IMG/VR virus record: IMGVR_UViG_3300042013_000103
Reading direction: 5' to 3' (one strand)
DNA: 64,000 nucleotides
Source of the DNA: a virus
Taxonomy: Duplodnaviria > Caudoviricetes
Part shown: in pieces, positions 19,928 to 30,022 of the stretch
How the letters are laid out: each line of letters begins with the position of its first letter
Numbering within the stretch: position 1 is the first letter of the stretch
Translations under genes and position numbers: made by a program
The notes under the pieces: generated by a model
The model's input: the letters and a program-made list of their open reading frames with translations, nothing else
Databases searched by the model: none
Told to the model about the DNA's origin: nothing

Positions 19928-19945
19928 GTGATATAGTCTTTTAAA
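19928..19945 (-). promoter_or_regulatory. Candidate early (vRNAP) promoter
   Basis: Minus strand TTTAAAAGACTATATCAC in an AT-rich gap, resembling the phiKZ early TATTAC-type motif. Confidence 0.5.
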
Positions 19946-19959
19946 TCGTTTCAATGCAA

Positions 19960-20262
19960 TTAACTAACCGGGGGTTCATCGGACAGCATGTGGCGGATGC
20001 AATCCAGGATCAAAGAATCCGCCGTGCCATCTTCTTTCAGGTCAGTGATCAACAGGGCGATGTCGTCCTGCATTTCTTTGTCCGCTGCATTCAGCAGGGT
20101 TTGCAAATCATCTGGAAGAAAGCTCACGTCGGTGTCTCCTAGATCGTTGGCAAAGATTGCTGGAAGGGCCAACGCGACAGCCCCTCCCAGTGTGACTACG
20201 CCGAGTGCAATAGTCCCAGCGACTTTGAACTTGTTACCATGGCGTTTCCAAAACTCTTTCAT
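19960..20262 (-). CDS. Small membrane-anchored acidic protein (paralog 1)
   Basis: 100 aa; VAGTIALGVVTLGGAVALALPAIF then a D-rich tail; AAGGA RBS. Confidence 0.7.
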   Translation of the reverse strand: MKEFWKRHGNKFKVAGTIALGVVTLGGAVALALPAIFANDLGDTDVSFLPDDLQTLLNAADKEMQDDIALLITDLKEDGTADSLILDCIRHMLSDEPPVS

Positions 20263-20278
20263 TTCTCAATCCTTTCGT

Positions 20279-22771
20279 TTACCCGAGCGTTACGTTTTTG
20301 TTGTAAACGTCAGGCACCACGCAGTTGGTCGGATCCAGCACTACAAACTCTGCAGTATTGAAGGCTCCGTGGATGGATTCAAAGTGAGAGATGTAGAAGA
20401 TTTGTTTGTACGTGCCCATCTCGATGAAACTCGAAATGAACGGCACGACGTTGGTGCGGTGTTGTTCGTCGAAGTCACGCCCGAACTCGTCCAGATACAG
20501 CGGGTAGTCGTTGTAACCCAAGAACTTCAACACGGCCAACCGGAAGGCAAAGTTCACGATGGCGACTTGGGAGTCGGAACCGTCTGCAATGTCATCCGTG
20601 ATCACGGCACCGTTGTTCACGGACAGGGGGAAGTTGTAATCCAGTTCGTCTTTGGTGAGCTTGGACGGCAACACCTCCAGTTTGTGCGACCACACGTTGT
20701 CGATGATCGCGTTCACCAGCCCACAGACCCCTTGCATGAAGCCCATCATGTACGTTCCGATCAACCCCCCGGTTGGCGCTAAGGCTTTCACCAGCAGCGT
20801 CAAGTCCGCGTGGGCTTCGGATGCGTGCAGCACGGTCTCTTCCATGGCCCGGATCGTGGTTTCCCGTTTCTCCAGTTCGTGCAGCGTCCGTTGGGTGTGC
20901 GACAACCGCACCTGGGTCACGTTGATCTCTTCCTCGTAGGCTTTGTCCAACAGCCATTCCGCGTGGGCTTTCAATTTACCCTGCAAGCGTTCGTACCGGT
21001 CGAACAACCGTTCCGCCGCTTCGAGGAACGCCTCCACCTGCAACCCAGAATCGGCGTAGGCTTGGTTCTCCCTGCGTTTGTCGTTGATGAACAGCGAGCG
21101 GGTGTTGATCTCGGCTTCCAACCGTTGAGCCCGTTCCCGCATGTACCCGACGGCGTCTTGGTCAATCTCCGCGATCTGCTGCAGGCGCTGCTCCAGTACG
21201 TTAGCCCGAGCCAAGCGCAGTTTCGACTGAGCGTACTCGCGCATGGCCGCGTGCCAATCCAACATGTCTGTGACATGGAGCCTTGGGCTGCGGTACATGA
21301 TTGACTCACCCCCGCAGTAATCCCACAGGTCCTGGAACTGGGAGAAGTCCTTGGTGATCTGCACAAAGTTGTACACGTGACCCGAGTAGGTCTGGTACGC
21401 CTCCATGTATTCCTCCAAAGCTTTCAGTTCCACGTCGGTTTGGTCCAAGGCATCGGCTAAGCGAGCTTGCTTGGTTTCCAACCCCGACTGCTCTTCCGGT
21501 TCCACCCCTGGTCGGAAGGTGTGCTGGCAATTCGGGCACTTGACGTGTTCACAGCCTTTCAACGTGGCGATCCGACGAGAGACCGTGGTGTGCATCCCGT
21601 CCAAGGTTTTGCGTTTGTCCCGCAGTTCATGCAGCCGCGCCCGGTTCACTTGCGCGTCGGCGGAGTTCATCCAGCCATCGGCGTTGTCCGGGATCGACGT
21701 CGCTACGGCGTGCCAACGACTAAAGAGTGCATCCAGCTTACCAAGTGGATCACCGCTAATATCGAAAGCGATGAGAGGGAATTGCCCAGCATAACGCTGA
21801 CTGTACTCGGCGTGCTGTTCCGCGTGCCGCAGGTGTTCCGTGTGTTCATCCTTCAAAGCCTGTAATTCTGCCGGGGTAATCCGCTCGGCGGTTTGGGTGT
21901 TGGTGTTGAGTAAGCTTTCCAGCTCTTCTATCAGACGGTCTACAACGTGCTGTACGCCGGTGTACTCCGCTACCTGCTCACTGATCAGAGATCGGTGTTC
22001 ATCGCGCCCAGAAACGCGTACAGAGCCTGTCAGACGGGGATACTGGCGCAGCAGCGTGTGTGCATCGGCCACGAGGGCTTCTAATTCCGCTTTTGCCGCT
22101 TCTGGGGTGCGGAACTGTTGCTGCACGTTGTTCTGACGGTCTTGGAACAACCGGTTGAGCCGGCCTACCAAGCGATCAGTCTCACTGCGCATCTGAGACA
22201 TCTGTGCGTCGTCGAGCAAATCGTGGTTCTTGGTGCTGAGTTCCCGGGTGGTCTCTTTGATCTGCCCGAGTTTATCGCGGTGCGCGGTTTTGGTGCGGTT
22301 GTACACGTTGAACGCGTAGCCCAGGTCCACCGGCGACATCCGGGTCAACCACTCACGGCGTTTCGCGGTGGTGAAGTTGGTGAATCGATGCTGCCCGGTC
22401 ATGAGCTGTTTGATTTCGGTGTTCATGCGGAACTCTTGCCAGCAGAGCTCTTCCTGCACCGCAAATGTACCGCCTGGGTTCAACTCCACCCCATCGCGGA
22501 TAAACGAATGTTCCCCCGTCCCGCGGTTGTACACCGAATGCAGTTGGTAAACGGATTCGTTGTGCAAGCAATGGAAGGTTTTCGACCCCCCAACCTTGAA
22601 CGCAAAGTGCTTTGGTGGGAGTGGGGTCATTTGGTCAATGACCGATGACTTGCCCGATCCATTACGCCCTATTACGATCATCAGGTTCTTAGAGGGAGTC
22701 CATTCGAATGTTTGAATGTTAGACAGCATTAAACGCTTGTACTTCTTCAAACACAGCAACATGATAAACAT
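20279..22771 (-). CDS. sbcC: SbcC/Rad50-like SMC-family ATPase (phiKZ gp165-like)
   Basis: Walker A GRNGSGKSS; long coiled coil with zinc hook CPNC; signature-like GSDSQ; Walker B/D-loop LYLDEFGRDFD; H-loop YISH. Confidence 0.92.
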   Translation of the reverse strand: MFIMLLCLKKYKRLMLSNIQTFEWTPSKNLMIVIGRNGSGKSSVIDQMTPLPPKHFAFKVGGSKTFHCLHNESVYQLHSVYNRGTGEHSFIRDGVELNPGGTFAVQEELCWQEFRMNTEIKQLMTGQHRFTNFTTAKRREWLTRMSPVDLGYAFNVYNRTKTAHRDKLGQIKETTRELSTKNHDLLDDAQMSQMRSETDRLVGRLNRLFQDRQNNVQQQFRTPEAAKAELEALVADAHTLLRQYPRLTGSVRVSGRDEHRSLISEQVAEYTGVQHVVDRLIEELESLLNTNTQTAERITPAELQALKDEHTEHLRHAEQHAEYSQRYAGQFPLIAFDISGDPLGKLDALFSRWHAVATSIPDNADGWMNSADAQVNRARLHELRDKRKTLDGMHTTVSRRIATLKGCEHVKCPNCQHTFRPGVEPEEQSGLETKQARLADALDQTDVELKALEEYMEAYQTYSGHVYNFVQITKDFSQFQDLWDYCGGESIMYRSPRLHVTDMLDWHAAMREYAQSKLRLARANVLEQRLQQIAEIDQDAVGYMRERAQRLEAEINTRSLFINDKRRENQAYADSGLQVEAFLEAAERLFDRYERLQGKLKAHAEWLLDKAYEEEINVTQVRLSHTQRTLHELEKRETTIRAMEETVLHASEAHADLTLLVKALAPTGGLIGTYMMGFMQGVCGLVNAIIDNVWSHKLEVLPSKLTKDELDYNFPLSVNNGAVITDDIADGSDSQVAIVNFAFRLAVLKFLGYNDYPLYLDEFGRDFDEQHRTNVVPFISSFIEMGTYKQIFYISHFESIHGAFNTAEFVVLDPTNCVVPDVYNKNVTLG

Positions 22772-22848
22772 AATAAAGCCCTTTTAGACGTGTACCCTTT
22801 ACCCTATAGACTTAACCACTCCAGTAGATTTAGCCCGGAACGGTACCC

Positions 22849-23697
22849 ATGGAAACTTCTGAATTCAAACTCGTGTCAATTGGCTTAGTCCATGAGATGA
22901 AACCGCGCGGTGAGCGCCAATGCAACGTGATCAAAGTAGAGGACTCGTCCGCCCTAGACGGGGAGACTGCCTACAACCCTCAAACCAAGGTTCTCAAGGG
23001 CACGGACAAAGAAGGCAAAGAGTACAACGTCAAGGCCACCACCGAAGCCGGGTTGATCATGGAATGGCTGCCGTCCGAAGACAACCGAGTCACCCCACCC
23101 GACATGGTTCGGGGGGAACTGGTGGAAGTCTGGCAGATGAGCGACGGCGACAAGTACTTTTGGCGGTGCCTAGGGCTCCGTAACGGCTTACGCAGCCTCG
23201 AGTCGGTGATCTGGATGGTAGGGGCCACCCCCGACATCAAAGGGCACGGCATGGACTTCAGCAAAGCCTACATCTTCCAAATGTCCGGCCACGACAAGCA
23301 CATCACCATCGCCACGTCGAAAGACAACGGCGAACCGCACGCGTGGACCTTCCAAATCAACACCGGGCAATCGGAGTTCACTCTCAAGGACGACATCGAC
23401 AACGAGTTCGAGATCGTTTCCGCGGATAACCGGTTGCAACTGAAGAACGCCGACGGGACGTACATCAAGATCGAACGCCAGTTCATTGAAATGGACGCCG
23501 CCCAGTACATCCAACTCAAGGTGGGGGGAACGGTGATGAAACTCACCCCTGACGCGTACACGTTGAAGACCACCAACGACACGGTGACCTCCACCAACTC
23601 GAAACACACCACCAGCACCCGGCAAGTCACGGCCTCCTCGTATAAAGTCGAAGCGGCCCAAGTCAGTTTCGTCTGCGGTACGTTTGCCATCATCTAA
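22849..23697 (+). CDS. Baseplate central spike protein (phiKZ gp164-like)
   Basis: OB-fold-like N-terminal part (WLP...NRVTPPD...GE.V) and repetitive beta-strand C-terminus; followed by a PAAR gene. Confidence 0.75.
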   Translation: METSEFKLVSIGLVHEMKPRGERQCNVIKVEDSSALDGETAYNPQTKVLKGTDKEGKEYNVKATTEAGLIMEWLPSEDNRVTPPDMVRGELVEVWQMSDGDKYFWRCLGLRNGLRSLESVIWMVGATPDIKGHGMDFSKAYIFQMSGHDKHITIATSKDNGEPHAWTFQINTGQSEFTLKDDIDNEFEIVSADNRLQLKNADGTYIKIERQFIEMDAAQYIQLKVGGTVMKLTPDAYTLKTTNDTVTSTNSKHTTSTRQVTASSYKVEAAQVSFVCGTFAII

Positions 23698-23708
23698 GGA
23701 ACCCACCC

Positions 23709-23972
23709 ATGACCGGCATTGCACAAGGGAACATCAGCACCGCAGGGGGTGTGATTCTTCCCATCCAAACCAAGCTCATCGTGAAGGGTCAACCAGCGGC
23801 TACGTTGGGCTCACCCATCGCGTCCCACGGACCGGGTCCTCATGTCGGGGCTACCATGGTTCAAGGCTCAGCCAAACTCACGGTAGACGGCGTCCCAGTG
23901 GTGTTGGCGGGGCACCGAGCAAGCTGTAACCACGTCGCCACTGGCAACCCGGCGGTGAGCTGTTCTGCGTAA
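23709..23972 (+). CDS. PAAR-domain spike tip protein
   Basis: 87 aa; GQPAATLGS, GS.KLTVDGVPVVLAGH..SC.H; His/Cys metal ligands. Confidence 0.88.
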   Translation: MTGIAQGNISTAGGVILPIQTKLIVKGQPAATLGSPIASHGPGPHVGATMVQGSAKLTVDGVPVVLAGHRASCNHVATGNPAVSCSA

Positions 23973-23974
23973 CG

Positions 23975-24015
23975 CGGCATAAAGGCCCCTTCCTGACGGG
24001 AGGGGCTCTATGTCG
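23975..24015. terminator. Bidirectional hairpin with CGGCATA...TATGTCG flanks
   Basis: GCCCCTTCC-TGAC-GGGAGGGGC between convergent genes. Confidence 0.8.
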
Positions 24016-25185
24016 TTACAGGCCTTCGTTCTCGTAGTGCGTGATGCACTGGCCGATGAAAGCCAGGTAGATGTTCAACGTCACCGCCAACCAATGCATG
24101 TAGTAACCTTGCGGCTCCTGCAGTTTTTTGGAGATCTCCCCCAGCATGTGGATGAGTTGGTTGTCGTTCTTACCGGTCGCTTGGTTGCTCTCGGCAATCT
24201 GACGGATGGCGTCGTCCACCACGTGCTTCACCGACACGAAACTGGTTTCCCCGACTTTCACTTTGTCAGTGAGGGCCAGGATCGCCGCGATGGCGTCCAA
24301 CAGTTTCCCTAGTTGCATCACTGGGGGTACTGCAATCTCGCGTTCCGAGCGGTCCATGGTGGCCAGCTGCAGTTCCGAGAAAGACATGATCAAGGCTTTG
24401 CGGATGGCGTTCTGCGAGTCCTCGTTGGCTTCGCAGCGTTCCACGACTTCTTCTGGTGGGGTGTACACGAACGCGTAGTTCCCCGGCAAGATCGTTGAAC
24501 GGTCCAACCCTTCTTGGCCCATTTCACGCCCAGACATGGCCACGGCCCCTTTCGGACGCACGAAGTGCTGGCGCATGGCGGTGGCAAACTCTTGGGCCCC
24601 TTTCGCGGCGACGTCGTCCCCAGGGTTATTGGCCACCAGGTTCAACATCCGACGGCTGCTGTCCCGGGCAATCCCCACCACGGCTTTCGGATACACGTTC
24701 AGCACGTAATCCGTGATCGCGGCGATGTCGCTCAGGTTGGACAGCTCCGACCCGACAAACTCGCCATTGATGGACAAGCGTTGCAGGCCGGAGACCGTGA
24801 TGCTCCCCGAAGTGGCACGGGAGTTCAGTTTGGAAAACCGTTTGGTCAGCCCGATTTGTGTCTTGCGGACACGGGCGGTGCTGCCAGTGAACTTGACGTA
24901 GAGAGAACTGAGGGTTTCGTACACGTACCGGATCATTTCCCGGGCGATACGGGCAGCTTCTTTCAAACCTGCCTTCAAAGCCCTCAGTGTGATCATCCCA
25001 GTTTGCGCAACGTCAAACTGAGGGTCAATGCTCTCAATGGAGATGAGCATGGTTTTTGCCACGTCACCTCCAATCTCATCGCGTCCATCCAGCAACCGAA
25101 TGTACTGCTCCAGACTGGTCGAGTACTTGGCCAACCGCTCCATGTCCCGATCCACATCTCGGTTAAACTGTTTGATGGACATCAT
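24016..25185 (-). CDS. Inner head/inner-body protein (phiKZ gp162/163 paralog family)
   Basis: 389 aa; S-x-E processing-type sites (TSLE, ISIE); shares S.ILPG.YA and IPVP-like motifs with the neighbouring paralog. Confidence 0.7.
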   Translation of the reverse strand: MMSIKQFNRDVDRDMERLAKYSTSLEQYIRLLDGRDEIGGDVAKTMLISIESIDPQFDVAQTGMITLRALKAGLKEAARIAREMIRYVYETLSSLYVKFTGSTARVRKTQIGLTKRFSKLNSRATSGSITVSGLQRLSINGEFVGSELSNLSDIAAITDYVLNVYPKAVVGIARDSSRRMLNLVANNPGDDVAAKGAQEFATAMRQHFVRPKGAVAMSGREMGQEGLDRSTILPGNYAFVYTPPEEVVERCEANEDSQNAIRKALIMSFSELQLATMDRSEREIAVPPVMQLGKLLDAIAAILALTDKVKVGETSFVSVKHVVDDAIRQIAESNQATGKNDNQLIHMLGEISKKLQEPQGYYMHWLAVTLNIYLAFIGQCITHYENEGL

Positions 25186-25188
25186 GAG

Positions 25189-26898
25189 TTACGCCTCGGC
25201 AGGTGCTTCGTGGTGACCGACGAACGCTTCCAGCACGGCGATGTGTGCTTTCACGGTGTTGAACAGGTAGCCCAGGAACGGACGGTTCTGTGCAATGCCG
25301 TGTTTGGCGATCGACTGGTACAGGTTGCCCATGGCGGTGACGTCTTCGTTGCTGCGCAGGAAGCCTTCGATTTTCAGACCGGTGCCCATGGTCGACATGC
25401 CTTTGGCCAGCGCCTTGTACTTCTCGCGGCCTTGCTGGTTTTCGATCACACCGTCCACGATTTCACGCAGGGCTTTCACCATGCCTTTCATTTCAGCTGG
25501 GTTCGGCACGTCCACGACGAACTCGCCTTGTTCCTGAGCCGACGCACCGTCGATACGGCTGAAGTCGATGTTCAAGGCTTTGCCGCCTTGTTGCAACATC
25601 GCCACGGTGTCGTCACCCGCTTCGGCGTTCTCGTTGATGCCCACGAACAACGCGTAGTCACCCGGCAGGATCGCGGAACGGTAGACCAGGTCGTAGTCGC
25701 TCATGGCCGAGGAGGCTTGGGCGTCTGGAATCGGTTTGGCCGTTTTGAACGTACCCGACACGTTGGCTTTCAACGCTTGGGCCAGTTTGGTCTGGAAGCT
25801 GGTGTTGTCACCGGCCTTGGCAGAAGCCATGATGTCGGTCAGCGTTTTTTGGAAGCTGCCCGGCCAGGTCACCAACAGTTCGGTGGCCACTTCTTTCAGG
25901 TTCTTCAGGCCTTGGGTGTTCTTCGCCGAGAACTCGCCGCCAATGGTCAGACGCGCTGCACCTTTGATGGCGATCTTGTCCTTGTTGGCTTTGCCCACGG
26001 TACCGGCTTTGGCATCCAGTGCGTCCAGGCGCTCTTTCAGCTTGCCGGCGTCTTGGGTGAAGGCTGCCCAGGCGTCGAGGATCAGCTGGATCAGTTTGGC
26101 CAAGGCTTCTTTGGCCACGGCGCCCACTTGGGCAGCACCTTTCTGCAGGTTTTCCAGCAGTTCGTTGGAGACCACGATGCGGTCCACCGGCGAAGCGAAG
26201 CCTTCGTTGGACGGCACGGTCGGGGCGTGTTTCTGACCGAACAGGTCCATCGAGAACGCTTCCAGGCCGATGCGAATGGTTTCAGCGGTTTCTGCCGAGA
26301 TGAAACCTTTGTCCGCAATGGCCTTGCCCACGACCGCTTGGTAACGTTCCAGTGCAGCTGCTACGGATTCGAAACGTTCCAGGTCGTCGGCCACGCCGTC
26401 GGATTCTTCGAGGAACTCGTCGGAGCGAGCGCCAATGCCGGAGTCGGTGATGGCGTCCACCGCCGCATCGATGTCTTCCGGCGCAGTATCGGCTTCCACG
26501 GTTTGCGACGGGATGGTCGATTCGCCTTCGTTCTCGACGATGTTCTCGGTCGCCGGTTTGGCTGGGTCGATGGCGTCTTTGACCACCACGGTGTCGGCCA
26601 CGCCGGCCACGGCACCTTCCACGTCGCCTTGGTCCACGCCGTCTTGCGGCAGGACGCTCGGTTTGGCCGGTTCTTGAGGAGCCAGTTCTGCGTTGCCTTC
26701 ACCGTTGTTCTTTGGACCGAGTTCGGTGGTGGTGCCCGCTGGGCTGGCGGTTACACCGGCGTCAGCGCCGACCACGGCTTGGATTTCGTCTTCCACGGTG
26801 GTTTCGTTTTTCAGGTTGGCAGCAACGTCACCGGTCGGGGCAGCATTGGTGCCCAGGTTTTCCAACGCGGCAATCAGTTTGGTAGAGTTAAAGCGCAT
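25189..26898 (-). CDS. Inner head/inner-body protein with long acidic propeptide (phiKZ gp93/162/163 family)
   Basis: 569 aa; very acidic N-terminal ~200 aa with AALE, GLE and SNE sites; YRSAILPGDYALF motif. Confidence 0.72.
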   Translation of the reverse strand: MRFNSTKLIAALENLGTNAAPTGDVAANLKNETTVEDEIQAVVGADAGVTASPAGTTTELGPKNNGEGNAELAPQEPAKPSVLPQDGVDQGDVEGAVAGVADTVVVKDAIDPAKPATENIVENEGESTIPSQTVEADTAPEDIDAAVDAITDSGIGARSDEFLEESDGVADDLERFESVAAALERYQAVVGKAIADKGFISAETAETIRIGLEAFSMDLFGQKHAPTVPSNEGFASPVDRIVVSNELLENLQKGAAQVGAVAKEALAKLIQLILDAWAAFTQDAGKLKERLDALDAKAGTVGKANKDKIAIKGAARLTIGGEFSAKNTQGLKNLKEVATELLVTWPGSFQKTLTDIMASAKAGDNTSFQTKLAQALKANVSGTFKTAKPIPDAQASSAMSDYDLVYRSAILPGDYALFVGINENAEAGDDTVAMLQQGGKALNIDFSRIDGASAQEQGEFVVDVPNPAEMKGMVKALREIVDGVIENQQGREKYKALAKGMSTMGTGLKIEGFLRSNEDVTAMGNLYQSIAKHGIAQNRPFLGYLFNTVKAHIAVLEAFVGHHEAPAEA

Positions 26899-26939
26899 GG
26901 GGTAGCTCCATTGGGTCTAAAGGAAACACATAGGGTTAT

Positions 26940-27554
26940 TTACGGAATCAATCCGTGGTCTTTGATGATTTTGGTCAGGATGATGTTCTGCTGAACCGCA
27001 GTGTCCCGTTGCCGGGTCATCTCCAATAACCGTGCATGATCGGTGGTGCGGTTGGTAATCAACGCTTCCCGGGCCGCTTCCATCGTGGCGTATTCAGTGG
27101 GGGTTAAGGTCGTGCTCAATGGCACCACCCCAAGGTTAATCGTGGGGATAACCCCCAACACATCAGAAATGACCGTGGCCACCTGTTGCTTCATGAACGT
27201 CAAGTCGGTGAAGGTCGACAAGGGCCCACACGATGCCGAGATGATCACGTGCTGGAGCGGGTACGACGACAGGTCCGGAGGGGACAGGACGTAACTGGTG
27301 GGCACGTACAGCGGCGCCAGCGTGTCGGACATCAGCGTGAGGATGACTTGCCCGGACGCCCGGTCGGCGGAAAAGACGGACTCGGGAATCTGGAACGGTT
27401 TGTAACACAGCTCGTAAACGTCCACCCCTTGGTTTTCGAGGTCATTGAAGAACCGCGCCGCCCCACAGGTGTACAGCACACCTACCTGGGTCGTAAAGGG
27501 CGCTTTGAGCTGCCACCTCCCTTTGGTCCCAATCGGTGGAATCATGAGTGCCAT
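26940..27554 (-). CDS. Conserved virion structural protein
   Basis: 204 aa; PPIG.KG.W.LKAPF N-terminus; GAG RBS; inside the structural cluster. Confidence 0.65.
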   Translation of the reverse strand: MALMIPPIGTKGRWQLKAPFTTQVGVLYTCGAARFFNDLENQGVDVYELCYKPFQIPESVFSADRASGQVILTLMSDTLAPLYVPTSYVLSPPDLSSYPLQHVIISASCGPLSTFTDLTFMKQQVATVISDVLGVIPTINLGVVPLSTTLTPTEYATMEAAREALITNRTTDHARLLEMTRQRDTAVQQNIILTKIIKDHGLIP

Positions 27555-27612
27555 AAAGAATACTCGTTACGGGAAAGTTAGAATGTTCATGAGATTGGGC
27601 ACAATAGTCGTT

Positions 27613-28098
27613 TTAATGCAACGGCAAAAACTTACCGTACGCAAACCAAATCGACGAGTCCACGCGACGAATCCAAAAATTGGGGGTTACCGTCCCACCG
27701 GCGTACTCGATGGAGTTAATCGACAACCACACGTCCGCCGCCGTCATGTTCAAACCGCGTTTCACGTTGATCCAGTCAATCAAGTCCTTGGACGTGGTTT
27801 TGTTCTGCATCGCAATGATGTCGGCCGGTGACGGCACCCACGGGGCCAGCAACTCGGTAAGGGAAAACCGGTCATAAAAGAATTCGTAACGGAGCTCCGG
27901 GTTACGGTCCTTTTCTATTAATAGTCGGGTGCGCCACGGACGGGGGGCAGTGGCGGCCGGTTGCACCGAAAGGATCCGGGAGTTCTCCAAGGTCAGCCCC
28001 AAGGCCGGGTGTTCTCGCGTCAAGGCCAGGTACAGTCCGGTTAAAGGGTTTGCCCCCGTGGGGTTCTCAGCGAGCAACAGTGTAAATGTTCTGGACAT
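27613..28098 (-). CDS. Virion structural protein (hypothetical)
   Basis: 161 aa; GGAGG RBS. Confidence 0.65.
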   Translation of the reverse strand: MSRTFTLLLAENPTGANPLTGLYLALTREHPALGLTLENSRILSVQPAATAPRPWRTRLLIEKDRNPELRYEFFYDRFSLTELLAPWVPSPADIIAMQNKTTSKDLIDWINVKRGLNMTAADVWLSINSIEYAGGTVTPNFWIRRVDSSIWFAYGKFLPLH

Positions 28099-28141
28099 GG
28101 TACCTCCCTCAACAATGGGGGTTCGAAAACCCCCACTGGAT

Positions 28142-29458
28142 TTAAATCAACGCTTCCACGGAGTGTTTGGTGACCACCATGTAGTTGACGTTCTTGAAGA
28201 ACGCCGTGGCGTAGATCACCCCGTTGCGGACCATGCGCGCAATGCCGACCGGCACCGAGCTGTAACGGTCCATGGTTTCTGCGATCACAATCAGGCGAGA
28301 GAACAGGGCGTACCATTCACGGGTCACCGGGTCCATGCGGTTGAAGTCATCCGAATCGTTGGTGACCAACATGTAGTCCGGGAACTTCTGCGAGAACTGG
28401 GTGATCCCTTCCCGGTTCTGTGGGTTGCCCACCGACGCGAACGCCAGCGATTTGTAAATGTTGGACGCGAGCTCGTACTTGGCCTCGATCCACACCGGGG
28501 AATACCCTGGGCCGTTCACCGCGGCTTTCACCAACGGCAACAACAACCGGGGGTCCATGATCGGACTGTAGATCCCGGCGCGGAAGTCCCGCTGCGGGGC
28601 AGAGTACTGGTGCCAGAACGGGGTGAAGATAAACTCCGTGGTCAGAAACAGGTCGGGGAGGATAACTTCCCAGTCCTCCCGCACGTGGGTGCTGCCCGCG
28701 ATCAGTTCTTTGGCGATCTCGTCCTTGATGATGTCGGGGTTGTTGCCCGCTTGGCCGTAGATCAACGCGATCCAGTACGCCGGCTCAGTGAACGTGGCGT
28801 CCTGGGGGTTGTGGTAATCGAAACGGAAGGCCTGTTGGAAGGTGTACGGGTACTGGGCCCGTTTGGCTTGCACCTCTTCCAGCTTCTCCACCATGTCGTA
28901 CGCACGCAGCGACTCACGCACCGCCAGCGGGTCTTTGAAGAAGTCGTTGAACGGGATGATCGGGTGCACGATCTCGATGAAGTACTCGTCGTACTGTGCC
29001 GCGAAGCTTTCGTCCACCAGCCACAGGTTGACCCGGTTGAGTTCGGCCGCGGTGGGGTTGTTGAACACCAACTCGACCCACTCCGGCATTTTGTGGTTGC
29101 CGTCGTCGAGGATCGCACCGCTGTCGAACGAGGTCAGCACATCGGCGAACTCGGCCATCACCATCTGGCGCAACACCGCCGGATCGTTGGTGATGGTGCC
29201 CGCCACGGCCTGTGCGTAAATGTACTGGCCCACCTTTAGGCACCAGTCCGAGTACAAACCCTTCACAGAGACCGCCACTTCATCCCTAACACTATGGAAC
29301 GCGATTAGGATTGTGTCTGGGGTTGACTGACCAGAATAGTACGTTTTGTCTTTTGCATAGGTCTTGGAGTTGTCACTCAACTCCCCGAACTTGGCGACCT
29401 GGTCCGGAGCGTTGTTCACCAGCGTTGGGAAGCTATAAAAGCCTTTCAAATTGTACAT
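28142..29458 (-). CDS. Virion structural protein (tail/baseplate-associated, phiKZ gp157-159 region)
   Basis: Start moved to MYNLKGF at 29458 behind GAGG; about 438 aa. Confidence 0.7.
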   Translation of the reverse strand: MYNLKGFYSFPTLVNNAPDQVAKFGELSDNSKTYAKDKTYYSGQSTPDTILIAFHSVRDEVAVSVKGLYSDWCLKVGQYIYAQAVAGTITNDPAVLRQMVMAEFADVLTSFDSGAILDDGNHKMPEWVELVFNNPTAAELNRVNLWLVDESFAAQYDEYFIEIVHPIIPFNDFFKDPLAVRESLRAYDMVEKLEEVQAKRAQYPYTFQQAFRFDYHNPQDATFTEPAYWIALIYGQAGNNPDIIKDEIAKELIAGSTHVREDWEVILPDLFLTTEFIFTPFWHQYSAPQRDFRAGIYSPIMDPRLLLPLVKAAVNGPGYSPVWIEAKYELASNIYKSLAFASVGNPQNREGITQFSQKFPDYMLVTNDSDDFNRMDPVTREWYALFSRLIVIAETMDRYSSVPVGIARMVRNGVIYATAFFKNVNYMVVTKHSVEALI

Positions 29459-29654
29459 GTTGCGTTCCTCATAAGTAGCACGCGATGGTGTTCCATCTAT
29501 AAAATCAAGCACACTACTTGTGGTTAATATAAAGTCACAGTATAGTGATCTCTCCTATGAGGCGATCATGGGTTTGTTGTCTGCCACATTGGTACGCTCA
29601 CAAGGCTTGCTGTTTAGTGGGTAGGCATAGTTTCCTAACTGAATCGAGGTTAAC

Positions 29655-29915
29655 ATGTTCAGTTTGACTATGAAAGCCATCTTCTTAATTTGGCCTTGGC
29701 TTAAACGGGCGATCTTTGGTGATCGGACCGTGCGAGAAGTCGTATGGGAAAACAAACACTTGACGGTCATGGGTGGATTGGTTCTCGTTATGCTGTGGTT
29801 GTTCCTTGCGTTGTTTACGGAGCATTTGGCCCTCAAGGCCGAAGTAGTAGTTCTCCGCCACCAATGCGTTGCCGTCCAGCAGCTGGCGAAGCTCCCACCC
29901 GTCCACGGCGAGTGA
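29655..29915 (+). CDS. Small single-pass membrane protein with coiled-coil tail
   Basis: GAGG RBS; hydrophobic segment LTVMGGLVLVMLWLFLALF. Confidence 0.65.
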   Translation: MFSLTMKAIFLIWPWLKRAIFGDRTVREVVWENKHLTVMGGLVLVMLWLFLALFTEHLALKAEVVVLRHQCVAVQQLAKLPPVHGE

Positions 29916-30022
29916 GGTGAACCCTGCGGTACACACTTAACATAACACGCTACAGGTTTCTTTATACTCCACTAGCTAATTATCTAGTCAGTATTGGGTA
30001 AAAACTTTTGGGGATGAGAATT

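Noticed and set aside
22849-23972. Spike plus PAAR pair considered as a T6SS/eCIS toxin-delivery element
   Set aside because: Normal myovirus baseplate components in a phiKZ-like context; the PAAR protein has no C-terminal effector extension.
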